From: an uncultured Saprospiraceae bacterium
Lineage (GTDB): Bacteria; Bacteroidota; Bacteroidia; Chitinophagales; Saprospiraceae
Assembly (NCBI GenBank): GCA_938018185.1
Contig: CALIIW010000141.1
Span: forward strand, 2,041 to 66,040
Direction of reading: 5' to 3'
DNA length: 64,000 nucleotides
Shown here: in pieces, positions 24,170 to 33,409 of the stretch
Layout: every line of letters begins with the position of its first letter
How positions within the stretch are numbered: position 1 is the stretch's first letter
The notes under the pieces: model-generated
Databases searched by the model: none
Told to the model about the DNA's origin: nothing
The model's input: only the letters and a program-made list of their open reading frames with translations
Program-made: the position numbers and the translations under genes

Positions 24170-27076
24170 TTATTTGATCAAGTTATAATTTATGCCAAGA
24201 CTGAATGCTACACCAGGCTTGTAAACTTGGATAGGATATTCATTTCCTTTGAAGCTAGCTACCTCTTGATATTTTGCATCTAGAATATTTTTTGCTGAAC
24301 AATTGACAGAAAATAAATCATTAAGTTTTTGAGAAAAAGTAAAATTTAGTGAAGGGAATGCTTTAATATAGTAGTTAGGTGTTGCGCCTTTTGTTACAAC
24401 ACTTATTCTGTCTCCAGTCATGTTAAAGGACAGATTGGCATTCGTTCCAGATTGATTTCTATAAGAGATCATTGTATTAACAGTATATGGCGCTTGACCA
24501 AACATAGCTCTAGTGCTTTTAGCTGTTGGGTCAGCCGCTCTAATTAGACTTAATTCTTGTTCATCGATATCTGTCTGAGAATAAACGTAAGTTACATTTC
24601 CTGTAAAAGTGAAATCGCTGAATGCCTCAGCGATAAAATCTAATGATTTTCTAAACTCGAATTCAGCACCAGCTAAGATTGCATTATTTACATTTCTGTA
24701 TGTCAATTCAGCATTTGTTGCAGTAGGGTTAAAGGTTCTCTCAATGGGATCTGAGAATTGCTTTGCAAATAATCCAAGAGATATGTTCTGACCGTTGGAA
24801 GGGTAGTTTTCCCATTTTAAATCCAAGTTATTAATGGTAGTTCTTTGAAGATCGGGATTTCCAACAAAGATGAATCCTCCATCCAATGAAAAAGATGCAA
24901 ATGGTGCAAGTTCTCTAAATGTTGGTCTTGCAATGGTTTTTGAAAAAGCCATTCTTATTTTTTGTTTTTCATTGACTGTGTAGTTCAATGTTAAAGCTGG
25001 AAGAATATCTAAGTTATCCAACACATCTTGCTCACCATCTAAAAATGGATATTCTGAAAGTGTTGCTTCAGTATCAAAAGTTTTCATCTGAGCATTTGTC
25101 TGTTCAGTTCTAACTCCTGTGATTACTTTAAGCTTATTTGTCAAAGGCATTTCTACCATTGCATAGGCAGCAGCAACTTGTTGAGAAGCGTCGTAATTGT
25201 TTTTTGCAGAATAGTTATCTGAGATATAGACACCTTCACCATTATTGATATAACCACCTGCTCCTGCTGTAGCCAAGTTGTTTTCTTCAAAATAAAAACG
25301 CATGTCTACAAAGGGATCAGCAAGAGTCATATCTTCTGGTGTATTGATAGTAAAAATATTATTATTAAAATTATACCTGTCTTCTCTAAAGGCCCTATCT
25401 TTTATAAGGTAAGAGAGACCTGCTTTAAACAAACTGTGGCTTCCAGCCCATTGAGTAAATGGAATAGACAAGTTTATTTTTGTATCCCAGTTTGTTTGTT
25501 CCATGTTTCTATAGAATCGAGTAGGGGTGTTGTCTGAAGATGGCTTAATAAATACATTGCTAGAGTCAGAAATCCTGTTTGTGAAAAATCTCAAATCTGG
25601 ATCATCTTGTGTTGAAATTGAGTAGGATGACATCCAATCTAATTTGATATTTTTATCTTTTGAAACTAAGTGATCTCCACTTAATTGGATGGTAGATAAT
25701 CCTCGTTGTAAGTACCTCCAACTTCTTGTTTGAAATATGTCATCTGGATCATCTGAAAATTTTCGTCCTGTTGCATATCTTGTAGTTGAGGTGCCAGATT
25801 GATTGTGTATTCCAGTCAAACTAATTTTGTGATTGTCTCCGATCTGGTATGCTGCATTTATTAGTGCTCCCCACAATGTTTCTTGTTGACCTTGATTATC
25901 TATTAATTCAATTTGAGGGACTAATGTGCTATAGTTTTCAACTTTGCCAGGAAGGTTTTGAATACCTATCAATCCATTTTGATAACCAGTGAAAGATCTT
26001 GAAAATGTCATTGAGGCTAATAGGCCAATTTGATTTCCAAATAGTGTTTTCTGATCACCTACATTTATTGAAAACCCATAATTAACAGGTTGAGCTTCCT
26101 GTTTCATTTGCCAGTTATTATCAAATGAATTGGTTAATTGATTTACTTCTTGTGCTGCGTTTTTAGAATTAACACCCGAAGTATAATCAGGTAGTAAGCC
26201 ATCATAAGCAGTTACGGATTCTGGAGCTCTTCTCATACCATCATCGAATCCTAAAAAATCAGAACTACTTTTGTCATAAGTAAAAAATCCAGAATTTAAA
26301 TTTGAATTAGAGTTGTAGCCCATTGAAATAGATGCTCCCATATTGAATGATTCAGAAAAATCTTTTGTCGTTATCTCAACCAATCCACCCGTGAAGTCAC
26401 CAGGTAAGTTGGGAGAAAATGTCTTGTAGACTATTATGTTATCAACAAGTGAAGTAGGAAATAAATCCATTTGAACGGTGTTCTTATTTGGGTCTAAACC
26501 AGGAATTTCTGCTTTGTTTAATGTTGTTTTACTATACCTATCTCCCAATCCTCTTACATATACATATTTGCCTCCTTCAAGGTTTACACCTGTAACTCTT
26601 TTTACTGCTGAAGCAACATCGCCATCCCCACTTTTTTTAAATTGGGCAGAGGAGATTCCATTCAAAAAATTAGGAGATTTTTTTTGCAATGCTATTACTG
26701 AGGCTTCGGTATTTCTAAATGCTTTTGCAACAACTGTTGCAGTTTCTAATTGAATAGAAGCATCCTCTAATTGTATGTCGATGATAACAACCTCATTTGC
26801 TGAGACTACAACATTTGAAATGTTTTGCGTTGTAAATCCGATGTATGAAAATTCGACTTCGTAAACTCCTACAGGAACATCAAACTCATAGGTGCCATCT
26901 AGATCTGTTACACATCCGTAAGATGTCCCCGGGATTGCAATATTTCCACCAATAATTTCAAAAGTAGAATTTGCTTCCATTAACTTTCCTTTGATTTTAC
27001 CTGTTTCAGGATCTTGAGCAAAAACTGAGAAAATTAAGAGAAATAGGAATAAAAAACTATGGATTAATTTGATCAT
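24170..27076 (-). CDS. TonB-dependent receptor with N-terminal carboxypeptidase-regulatory-like domain
   Basis: 968 aa with signal peptide. CarboxypepD_reg pattern: GKIKGKL...TDLDGTYEFDVPVGVYEVEFSYIGF. Plug: VKRVTGVNLEGGKYVYVRGLGDRYSKTTLN. Followed by a long beta-barrel. Confidence 0.85.
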   Translation of the reverse strand: MIKLIHSFLFLFLLIFSVFAQDPETGKIKGKLMEANSTFEIIGGNIAIPGTSYGCVTDLDGTYEFDVPVGVYEVEFSYIGFTTQNISNVVVSANEVVIIDIQLEDASIQLETATVVAKAFRNTEASVIALQKKSPNFLNGISSAQFKKSGDGDVASAVKRVTGVNLEGGKYVYVRGLGDRYSKTTLNKAEIPGLDPNKNTVQMDLFPTSLVDNIIVYKTFSPNLPGDFTGGLVEITTKDFSESFNMGASISMGYNSNSNLNSGFFTYDKSSSDFLGFDDGMRRAPESVTAYDGLLPDYTSGVNSKNAAQEVNQLTNSFDNNWQMKQEAQPVNYGFSINVGDQKTLFGNQIGLLASMTFSRSFTGYQNGLIGIQNLPGKVENYSTLVPQIELIDNQGQQETLWGALINAAYQIGDNHKISLTGIHNQSGTSTTRYATGRKFSDDPDDIFQTRSWRYLQRGLSTIQLSGDHLVSKDKNIKLDWMSSYSISTQDDPDLRFFTNRISDSSNVFIKPSSDNTPTRFYRNMEQTNWDTKINLSIPFTQWAGSHSLFKAGLSYLIKDRAFREDRYNFNNNIFTINTPEDMTLADPFVDMRFYFEENNLATAGAGGYINNGEGVYISDNYSAKNNYDASQQVAAAYAMVEMPLTNKLKVITGVRTEQTNAQMKTFDTEATLSEYPFLDGEQDVLDNLDILPALTLNYTVNEKQKIRMAFSKTIARPTFRELAPFASFSLDGGFIFVGNPDLQRTTINNLDLKWENYPSNGQNISLGLFAKQFSDPIERTFNPTATNAELTYRNVNNAILAGAEFEFRKSLDFIAEAFSDFTFTGNVTYVYSQTDIDEQELSLIRAADPTAKSTRAMFGQAPYTVNTMISYRNQSGTNANLSFNMTGDRISVVTKGATPNYYIKAFPSLNFTFSQKLNDLFSVNCSAKNILDAKYQEVASFKGNEYPIQVYKPGVAFSLGINYNLIK

Positions 27077-27130
27077 GTCTGAATATCTTGTTTAAAAAAG
27101 TTTGATAAAAAACTTTTATTAATTAAATTA

Positions 27131-28495
27131 TTAGTTACTAATTGTAAATAAATCAGAACCACTATTTCCCGCTCCAATGTTATAAAAAACATTGCATTCT
27201 AGCTTAAGTATTGAATCTGAAAATTGTTTATATGAATCTATCGAAGAGCCAAGAATATCTTCGATATCAATTCCTTTGGCATAATTCACGAAAATAGAAT
27301 TGTAGTATTCTCCTCCTGCATTATCTCTAAAAGTAATGGCTCTACTTCCGGAGTTTCCAACTGAAGTCACATTTGAAAAAACTGGATTTGCATAAGGTGT
27401 ACCATCTTCTGGATTGGTACCACCATCATGCTCACCTCCTCTGTCTGCAGAATCAGCGGTAGGGTCTTGATGAACAATCACAAATTGAGATTTGCCTCTA
27501 AATCCTTCATCGTAGTCAAGTCCATCATCTGCACAAAATGCTGCTATTAGATATTTAGCATTTACAGTTCCTCCAAACCACTCAATGCCGTCGTCTTTGT
27601 TGCTAATAACTTCGACAAATTCAATGGTAGTTCCAGATCCAACACCTCCTAATGTCAATCCGTTGATCTCATTATCTGCGCCAATCAAAGTTCCTCCGTG
27701 TCTGATTGAAACATATTTCAATATTCCTGAATTATCAGATTCATCATCTCCCCCGTAAAGACCTCTCACTTCATTGGTAGGGATTCCTTCTATAGCCGAT
27801 TCTCCCAGTGCAGAATTTAATGTAGAATTTCCTAAGATAATAAGGCCACCCCATCGTCCTCTTTGGTCTGCAGCAGTACCTCCATTGTCACCATCATATG
27901 TGAAGATAATCGGAGCCTGAGATGTACCAATGGCCATTATTTTCGAACCTCTTGCAGCGATCAATGCAGAAGCATTCTCTGCCTCACCTGCCATGCCTTG
28001 AATAATCGTTCCTGGTTCTATGTGCAATGTTTGGCCGCTATTGATAAATACCAAACCATTTATTAAATATTTCTTATCTGCCGTCCAGTAAACCATTTGA
28101 CCAGCATTTGCCATTTCAGCATCGGACCAAATTTCTTCTGTACCTGTACTAAATCCAGGTGTATTATTCCCAGCTAATATTGCTTCATATGCTGACCAAC
28201 CTGCATACCACGGTTCTTCATTCGGATTTATTGCTCCTTTATAATTTGCATCTACAAATGTAGATTCTCCTGTAGGACAATTCGAACCAATATCATTTGT
28301 TGGAACGATAGAACCATTATCAAATCCTGGATCAACTACAGTATTTAAGGCATCATCAAAATATTGAGCAAATGTCTCAGAAGGGTTTTCACTTGAATCA
28401 ATGACAGGATTAGTACTTTCATCATCTGTGCAAGAGCTTGCCAGTGTTAGAACTAGGATCATTGTGCAAAACATGCAAAAATTTATTTTTCTCAT
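27131..28495 (-). CDS. hypothetical surface lipoprotein with a Gly/Asp-rich repetitive core (possibly beta-helix-like), partner of the TonB-dependent receptor
   Basis: 454 aa. Lipobox LASSC followed by acidic CTDDES. Core motifs: RGRWGGLIILG, EINGLTLGGVGSGTTIEFVEV, DDGIEWFGGTVNAKYL, DDGLDYDEGFRG. 54 nt upstream of the receptor gene on the same strand. Confidence 0.55.
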   Translation of the reverse strand: MRKINFCMFCTMILVLTLASSCTDDESTNPVIDSSENPSETFAQYFDDALNTVVDPGFDNGSIVPTNDIGSNCPTGESTFVDANYKGAINPNEEPWYAGWSAYEAILAGNNTPGFSTGTEEIWSDAEMANAGQMVYWTADKKYLINGLVFINSGQTLHIEPGTIIQGMAGEAENASALIAARGSKIMAIGTSQAPIIFTYDGDNGGTAADQRGRWGGLIILGNSTLNSALGESAIEGIPTNEVRGLYGGDDESDNSGILKYVSIRHGGTLIGADNEINGLTLGGVGSGTTIEFVEVISNKDDGIEWFGGTVNAKYLIAAFCADDGLDYDEGFRGKSQFVIVHQDPTADSADRGGEHDGGTNPEDGTPYANPVFSNVTSVGNSGSRAITFRDNAGGEYYNSIFVNYAKGIDIEDILGSSIDSYKQFSDSILKLECNVFYNIGAGNSGSDLFTISN

Positions 28496-28749
28496 TTTGT
28501 ATTTTTTGATTATTAATATTGATGTAAATATGCGGTCCAGATGTAAACTGCTGGTTAATCCAATGTTAACTTTACATTAAGTTTAAATGATAGGTGGGTT
28601 TTAGTCTTTATTCTAAAATACAAGCCATTTATACATTGACTTTAATACTAATATTTAAATTTGAAGGACTTTGTATTATAATAAAGGAACTTATATGCTA
28701 CTTAGATGTTTTTATACTTAATTTTGCAGTCCATTGAAAAAGAACAGCT

Positions 28750-29847
28750 TTGAGTAAATTAGGAAGAGTTTTAGTTGCCATGAGTGGTGGAATTGATAGC
28801 ACAGTTACGGCTATGATGCTTCATGAGCAAGGTTATGAGGTCATCGGAGTAACGATGAAAACTTGGGATTATGCCTCTTCAGGAGGCTCTAAAAAAGAAA
28901 CTGGCTGTTGTAGCCTAGATTCTATTAATGATGCTCGTCAAGTTGCTGTAGATATGGGCTTTCATCACTTTATAGTAGATATCAGAGAAGATTTCGGAGA
29001 TTATGTAATTGATAATTTCGTTGATGAATATATAGCTGGTAGAACACCCAATCCTTGCGTCTTATGCAATACGCATATTAAATGGTCTTCATTATTGAAG
29101 CGTGCTGACATGCTTGATTGCGAATTCATTGCTACAGGGCATTATGCTATTATTAAAGAGGAAAACGGACGAAAATTTATTTCTAAAGGAAAAGATGATC
29201 GCAAAGATCAATCTTATGTCCTATGGGGACTAAGCCAAGATTGTCTGGGCCGTAGCCAATTTCCTTTGGGGCCATATACCAAACCAGAGGTTAGACAAAT
29301 GGCTGCTGACTGGGGATATACTGATTTGGCCAAAAAAGGGGAGAGCTACGAAATCTGTTTTGTACCAGACAACGACTATCGAGGATTCTTAAAAAGAAAA
29401 GTAGCTGGTTTGGAAGAACGAGTAGCTGGTGGAACCTTCTTAGATGTAAAAGGCAATAAAATTGGAAAGCATGAAGGTTATCCTTTTTATACAATTGGTC
29501 AAAGAAAAGGCCTAGGACAAGCTTTTGGAGAACCAATGTTCGTAACAGAAATTAGGCCTAAGTCCAATGAAGTTGTTTTAGGAAGATTAGAAGATTTGGT
29601 TAAAAATGGTATGACCGTCAAGCAAATCAACTCAATGAAATATCAAGAGATTCCGATGGATTTTGAAGCGGTGACTCAGATAAGATACAATAGTCCAGGA
29701 TCATTAGCTTTACTTAAGCCATCAACCAAGGAGCAAGTTGAAGTGGAATTCCTTTCTAATGTAAGTGGAGTCGCTCCTGGTCAATCTGCCGTTTTTTATG
29801 AAGGAGATGATGTGATAGGCGGGGGAATCATTTGGGGGTCTAAATAA
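28750..29847 (+). CDS. mnmA: tRNA 2-thiouridine(34) synthase MnmA
   Basis: 365 aa. PP-loop VAMSGGIDS. A TTG start is required because the conserved RVLVAMSGG lies upstream of the first ATG. Catalytic Cys region: NPCVLCN. Confidence 0.9.
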   Translation: MSKLGRVLVAMSGGIDSTVTAMMLHEQGYEVIGVTMKTWDYASSGGSKKETGCCSLDSINDARQVAVDMGFHHFIVDIREDFGDYVIDNFVDEYIAGRTPNPCVLCNTHIKWSSLLKRADMLDCEFIATGHYAIIKEENGRKFISKGKDDRKDQSYVLWGLSQDCLGRSQFPLGPYTKPEVRQMAADWGYTDLAKKGESYEICFVPDNDYRGFLKRKVAGLEERVAGGTFLDVKGNKIGKHEGYPFYTIGQRKGLGQAFGEPMFVTEIRPKSNEVVLGRLEDLVKNGMTVKQINSMKYQEIPMDFEAVTQIRYNSPGSLALLKPSTKEQVEVEFLSNVSGVAPGQSAVFYEGDDVIGGGIIWGSK

Positions 29848-29958
29848 ATATTGACTCTTATTTGCGATCCTCCAGGATTCTTCAAAATGTGGCATTCAAA
29901 TAGTAATTCTTATATTACTTTTACATCTTGGTTCTATTAACTAGATTAATTTCTGATT

Positions 29959-31212
29959 ATGAAAAATTTTACGCTAATTGTCTATGTGTTTTTTGCATGC
30001 CAATTGGAAGCACAAATTATTGATATCCCTGACTCCAACTTCAAACAAACCTTAATTAACCTAGGCATTGATACTAATAATAATAATGAAATAGAGGAGT
30101 CTGAAGCAATGGCGCCTTCAGCATTAAGTGTTTTTAATCAATCTATTGTCTCTATCGTAGGTATCGAGTATTTTACTAATTTAAAGACTTTCATTTGTAG
30201 CAATAATTTTATTGACTCAGCTGATCTTAGTACGCTTTCATTACTTGAATATGTAGCTGCCTCAGAAAATCTGATTACGGAATTAATTTTGCCAGAGTCA
30301 GAAAATTTAAGAATTGTTGATTTGAGGGACAATAGATTGTCAGCGCTAAACCTTGGAAACTTACCTAATCTCGAAAGTTTAAATTGTGCGCAAAATCCAA
30401 TAGCAGAACTTGAACTTCAGGGTTACACAAATTTAGAGGATCTCTATTGCTTTAAATGTGCTTTGTCAAATTTAGATTTGAGACAAAATGTAGAGCTTTC
30501 TACTTTAGCAACCGATGAAAATGATTTTGAAGAATTACTATTGCCAAATTCTGATAAGCTGATAAACTTTACTTGTACCAATAATAACCTGACAACTTTA
30601 GATCTTAATCCATATGTAAATTTAGAATTATTGAACTGTGCTTCAAATCAAATTGAGACGCTTGATCTTAGCAGTAACCTTGTTTTAAAAACACTGTTTT
30701 GCGAAAATAATTTAATTCAAAATTTAGATTGTAGTTATTCAAGTGAATATACAACGATTGATTGCAAAAAAAATGATATTAAAAGACTTAACATAAAAAA
30801 TGGTAGTGATGAAATGGTTTTAGACTTTACAGAGAATCCAAATCTGAATTTTATTTGTGCGGATGCTTCACAAATACCTACAGTTACACTTTTAGCAACG
30901 AACTCTGGTTATCCTTCGATGAATGTAAGTGCTGATTGTTCAACAACAGTTAGTTCTGACCAAGTTGAAGAATTGGAATCTGAAATATCAATTATGCCAA
31001 ATCCTGCTTCAAGTAGTGCTGTAATTAATTCTAAAAAAGGTTTTCTAAATATTTGGATCAGAAGTTTACAAGGGAAAATATTGGAATCCTTTGATTTCGA
31101 ACAAACTATTTTTCAGTATGAATTAGATTTTAATTTGTATCCTTCACAACTTTATATAATTAGTTTAAAACAAGGAGAAAAAATTATCCATTATAAATTG
31201 CTAAAACAATAA
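29959..31212 (+). CDS. leucine-rich-repeat protein with type A T9SS C-terminal sorting domain
   Basis: 417 aa with signal peptide. About ten 22-aa LRR units (L..L.C..N.L..LDL). C-terminus: IMPNPASSSAVIN...LYIISLKQGEKIIHYKLLKQ. Confidence 0.75.
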   Translation: MKNFTLIVYVFFACQLEAQIIDIPDSNFKQTLINLGIDTNNNNEIEESEAMAPSALSVFNQSIVSIVGIEYFTNLKTFICSNNFIDSADLSTLSLLEYVAASENLITELILPESENLRIVDLRDNRLSALNLGNLPNLESLNCAQNPIAELELQGYTNLEDLYCFKCALSNLDLRQNVELSTLATDENDFEELLLPNSDKLINFTCTNNNLTTLDLNPYVNLELLNCASNQIETLDLSSNLVLKTLFCENNLIQNLDCSYSSEYTTIDCKKNDIKRLNIKNGSDEMVLDFTENPNLNFICADASQIPTVTLLATNSGYPSMNVSADCSTTVSSDQVEELESEISIMPNPASSSAVINSKKGFLNIWIRSLQGKILESFDFEQTIFQYELDFNLYPSQLYIISLKQGEKIIHYKLLKQ

Positions 31213-31922
31213 TGCTAGATATTTTTTTTGTTGGGGAGAGTTCTTTCAAAGCTTTCAATAAAGAGCATTTAATCATCTTAGGTGTTTTAGCATTTTTGTT
31301 TTTTATAATTATTTATTTTAGCAATAAATATTTAGATAAAAAGCAACAAAAGATTTTTGGCCTTTCCATAGCTATATTTACATTCCTTGGTCTAATTACC
31401 AGAACCTTGCTTTACTACAAACTTGGGACCTTTACTATTATAGATGGACTGCCTCTTTATGTGTGCCGATTAGTCACGTTTTTTGTTCCATTTTTAATGT
31501 GGTATAAAAACAAAAAACTTTTTGGGGTTTTATATTTTTGGGTTTTAGGTGGCACCTTTCAAGCACTGCTAACTCCCGACCTACCTTATGGATTTCCTCA
31601 TTTTGAAAGTATCTATTATTGGCAGATCCATGGAGGCTTAGTATTGGTGATATTATATGCTGTATTTGTATATAAAATGAAACCGACATTTCAAGATCTA
31701 AAGAATGCTTTCTATGCAGGGCTTGTTTACCTTTTTGTCATTCACGGAATAAATTTGATGCTTGGATCTAATTATTCCTACACCATGGAGAAACCTCCTG
31801 TTGCAAGTATTTTGGATTTGATGGGGCCTTGGCCTGTATATTTAGCAACAGGCATAGGTTTGATGATGATTCAATTTTTGATCCTATATCTACCATTTTA
31901 TTTTCAAGCAAAAAAAGCCTAA
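31212..31922 (+). CDS. integral membrane protein, TIGR02206/YwaF-like
   Basis: 236 aa with about 7 hydrophobic segments. The motif GLPLYVCRL resembles the LPLHLC signature of this family. Its start overlaps the previous stop (TAATG). Confidence 0.5.
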   Translation: MLDIFFVGESSFKAFNKEHLIILGVLAFLFFIIIYFSNKYLDKKQQKIFGLSIAIFTFLGLITRTLLYYKLGTFTIIDGLPLYVCRLVTFFVPFLMWYKNKKLFGVLYFWVLGGTFQALLTPDLPYGFPHFESIYYWQIHGGLVLVILYAVFVYKMKPTFQDLKNAFYAGLVYLFVIHGINLMLGSNYSYTMEKPPVASILDLMGPWPVYLATGIGLMMIQFLILYLPFYFQAKKA

Positions 31923-32038
31923 AAAGGCATCAAATTTTGCCACTAATTCTTAAAATTTACGTTAAACAAGCGTATGCTCTTTCTTCAAAAGAGTTACAAT
32001 AAGTATATTGTAAATTAAACGCAATAAAATTTCAAGTA

Positions 32039-32404
32039 ATGAAAAAGAAAGAATTAGAAACATATTTAAAGTCTTGGGTAGCATCCTGGTCTGGTAACCA
32101 GCCAGAAAAATTATTAAAATACTATGGATCAAAGGTAGTATTTCAAGATCCTTTAAATCCAAAAGGCTTAAAAGGGAAAAAAGCACTGAGTCCATATTTG
32201 ACGAAATTGTTGGCAAAGAATCCAAATTGGAAATGGGAGATCAAAGAAATAATCCCAACTAAAAAAGGATGTACGGTGAAAACACAAGCAGTAATTCCTG
32301 TTAAAAAGAAATTAGTCAAAGTTCCTTGTGTTGATATTTTAGAGCTAAAAGGTTCGAAAATTGTGAGAAATGAGGTTTACTTTGATCGATCAAAGCTTAA
32401 ATAA
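32039..32404 (+). CDS. NTF2/SnoaL-like small protein
   Basis: 121 aa. Size and the N-terminal pattern (LETYLKSWVASWSGNQPEKLLKYYGSKVVFQDP) are typical of the SnoaL-like fold. Weak call. Confidence 0.45.
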   Translation: MKKKELETYLKSWVASWSGNQPEKLLKYYGSKVVFQDPLNPKGLKGKKALSPYLTKLLAKNPNWKWEIKEIIPTKKGCTVKTQAVIPVKKKLVKVPCVDILELKGSKIVRNEVYFDRSKLK

Positions 32405-32464
32405 TTTCTAAAGAGCATTAGGCAAAAAATTCGGCACCATGTGTGCATAGAAGGTAATTAGGAG

Positions 32465-32492
32465 AAGGAAGTCAATGAAGACTTCCTTTTTT
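32465..32492 (+). terminator. rho-independent terminator
   Basis: AAGGAAGTC-AATGAA-GACTTCCTT followed by TTTT. Confidence 0.7.
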
Positions 32493-32506
32493 ATTTAAAT
32501 TTATAT

Positions 32507-33274
32507 ATGGATCATAAATCAACTATTAAGAAAAAGTCCCTCTTTCCAAAATTCCCTAAGGTAAGATCAATCTTGCCTCCAGCCTATCAAGAAATCTATA
32601 AACTTCATTACAAAAGAAATAGGGAAGGGGATACCTCTGCTACTTCTATTTCCAAGCAAATGGAACTGTGGTTACATAAAAAGGTAGCCGCTGATGTTAA
32701 GAATAGCAAGGAAGATTTGACAACTTTAGAAATTGGTGCTGGGACTTTAAATCAACTGATTCATGAACCCAATATCAAGACTTACGATATTATTGAACCA
32801 TTCAGAGAGCTCTTTAAAGGGGTAAAGGAAATAGATAGGATTAGAAAAATTTATGACGATATATCTGAAATTCCTCTAGATAAAAAATATAAAAGAATAA
32901 CCTCGGTTGCGACCTTTGAACATATATTAAATCTACCCGAAGTGGTTGCAAAGTCAATTCTTCATATGGACAATGAGGCGTGCATGAGGACTTCTATCCC
33001 AAATGAAGGAACAATTATGTGGAAATTGGGAACTATGGTTACAGGTTTCGAATTTAAAAAAATGTATGGTTTAGAATATGATGTACTGATGCAACATGAG
33101 CATGTGAACACAGCAGATGAAATAGAATCAGTTTTAGACTATTTTTTTGACAGTAATATTGCTTCTTCCTATGGCATAAACAAAAGTTTTTCTTTTTATA
33201 GATTCATAGAGTCTAAAAATCCGAATAAAGAAAAAGCTGAGCAATATCTCCAAAGTATAAGCTCTAGGACTTAA
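32507..33274 (+). CDS. class I SAM-dependent methyltransferase
   Basis: 255 aa. Motif I LEIGAGTLNQL and a Rossmann-like alternation. Substrate unknown. Confidence 0.55.
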   Translation: MDHKSTIKKKSLFPKFPKVRSILPPAYQEIYKLHYKRNREGDTSATSISKQMELWLHKKVAADVKNSKEDLTTLEIGAGTLNQLIHEPNIKTYDIIEPFRELFKGVKEIDRIRKIYDDISEIPLDKKYKRITSVATFEHILNLPEVVAKSILHMDNEACMRTSIPNEGTIMWKLGTMVTGFEFKKMYGLEYDVLMQHEHVNTADEIESVLDYFFDSNIASSYGINKSFSFYRFIESKNPNKEKAEQYLQSISSRT

Positions 33275-33409
33275 TTATCTCCTTAGAAAAAAGCAATTCT
33301 ATTACTAGGAATATCAGAATATAAAAAAAGTTGTATTTGGATTAAAATTTGATTGTATAAAATGCAATCCCTAGCATTTTTAGTCATTCTTATATAACAT
33401 AAAACTCAT

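Noticed and set aside
23961-24188. 75-aa ORF spanning the end of lipoprotein paralog C, its terminator and the following hairpin
   Set aside because: It crosses two terminator hairpins, has no start context, and its composition reflects non-coding AT-rich DNA.
28496-28749. Possible cobalamin or other riboswitch upstream of the lipoprotein/TonB-dependent receptor unit
   Set aside because: I could not find a B12 box or another riboswitch core I recognise. Only short AT-rich inverted repeats are present. It is kept as a low-interest regulatory observation, not a riboswitch call.
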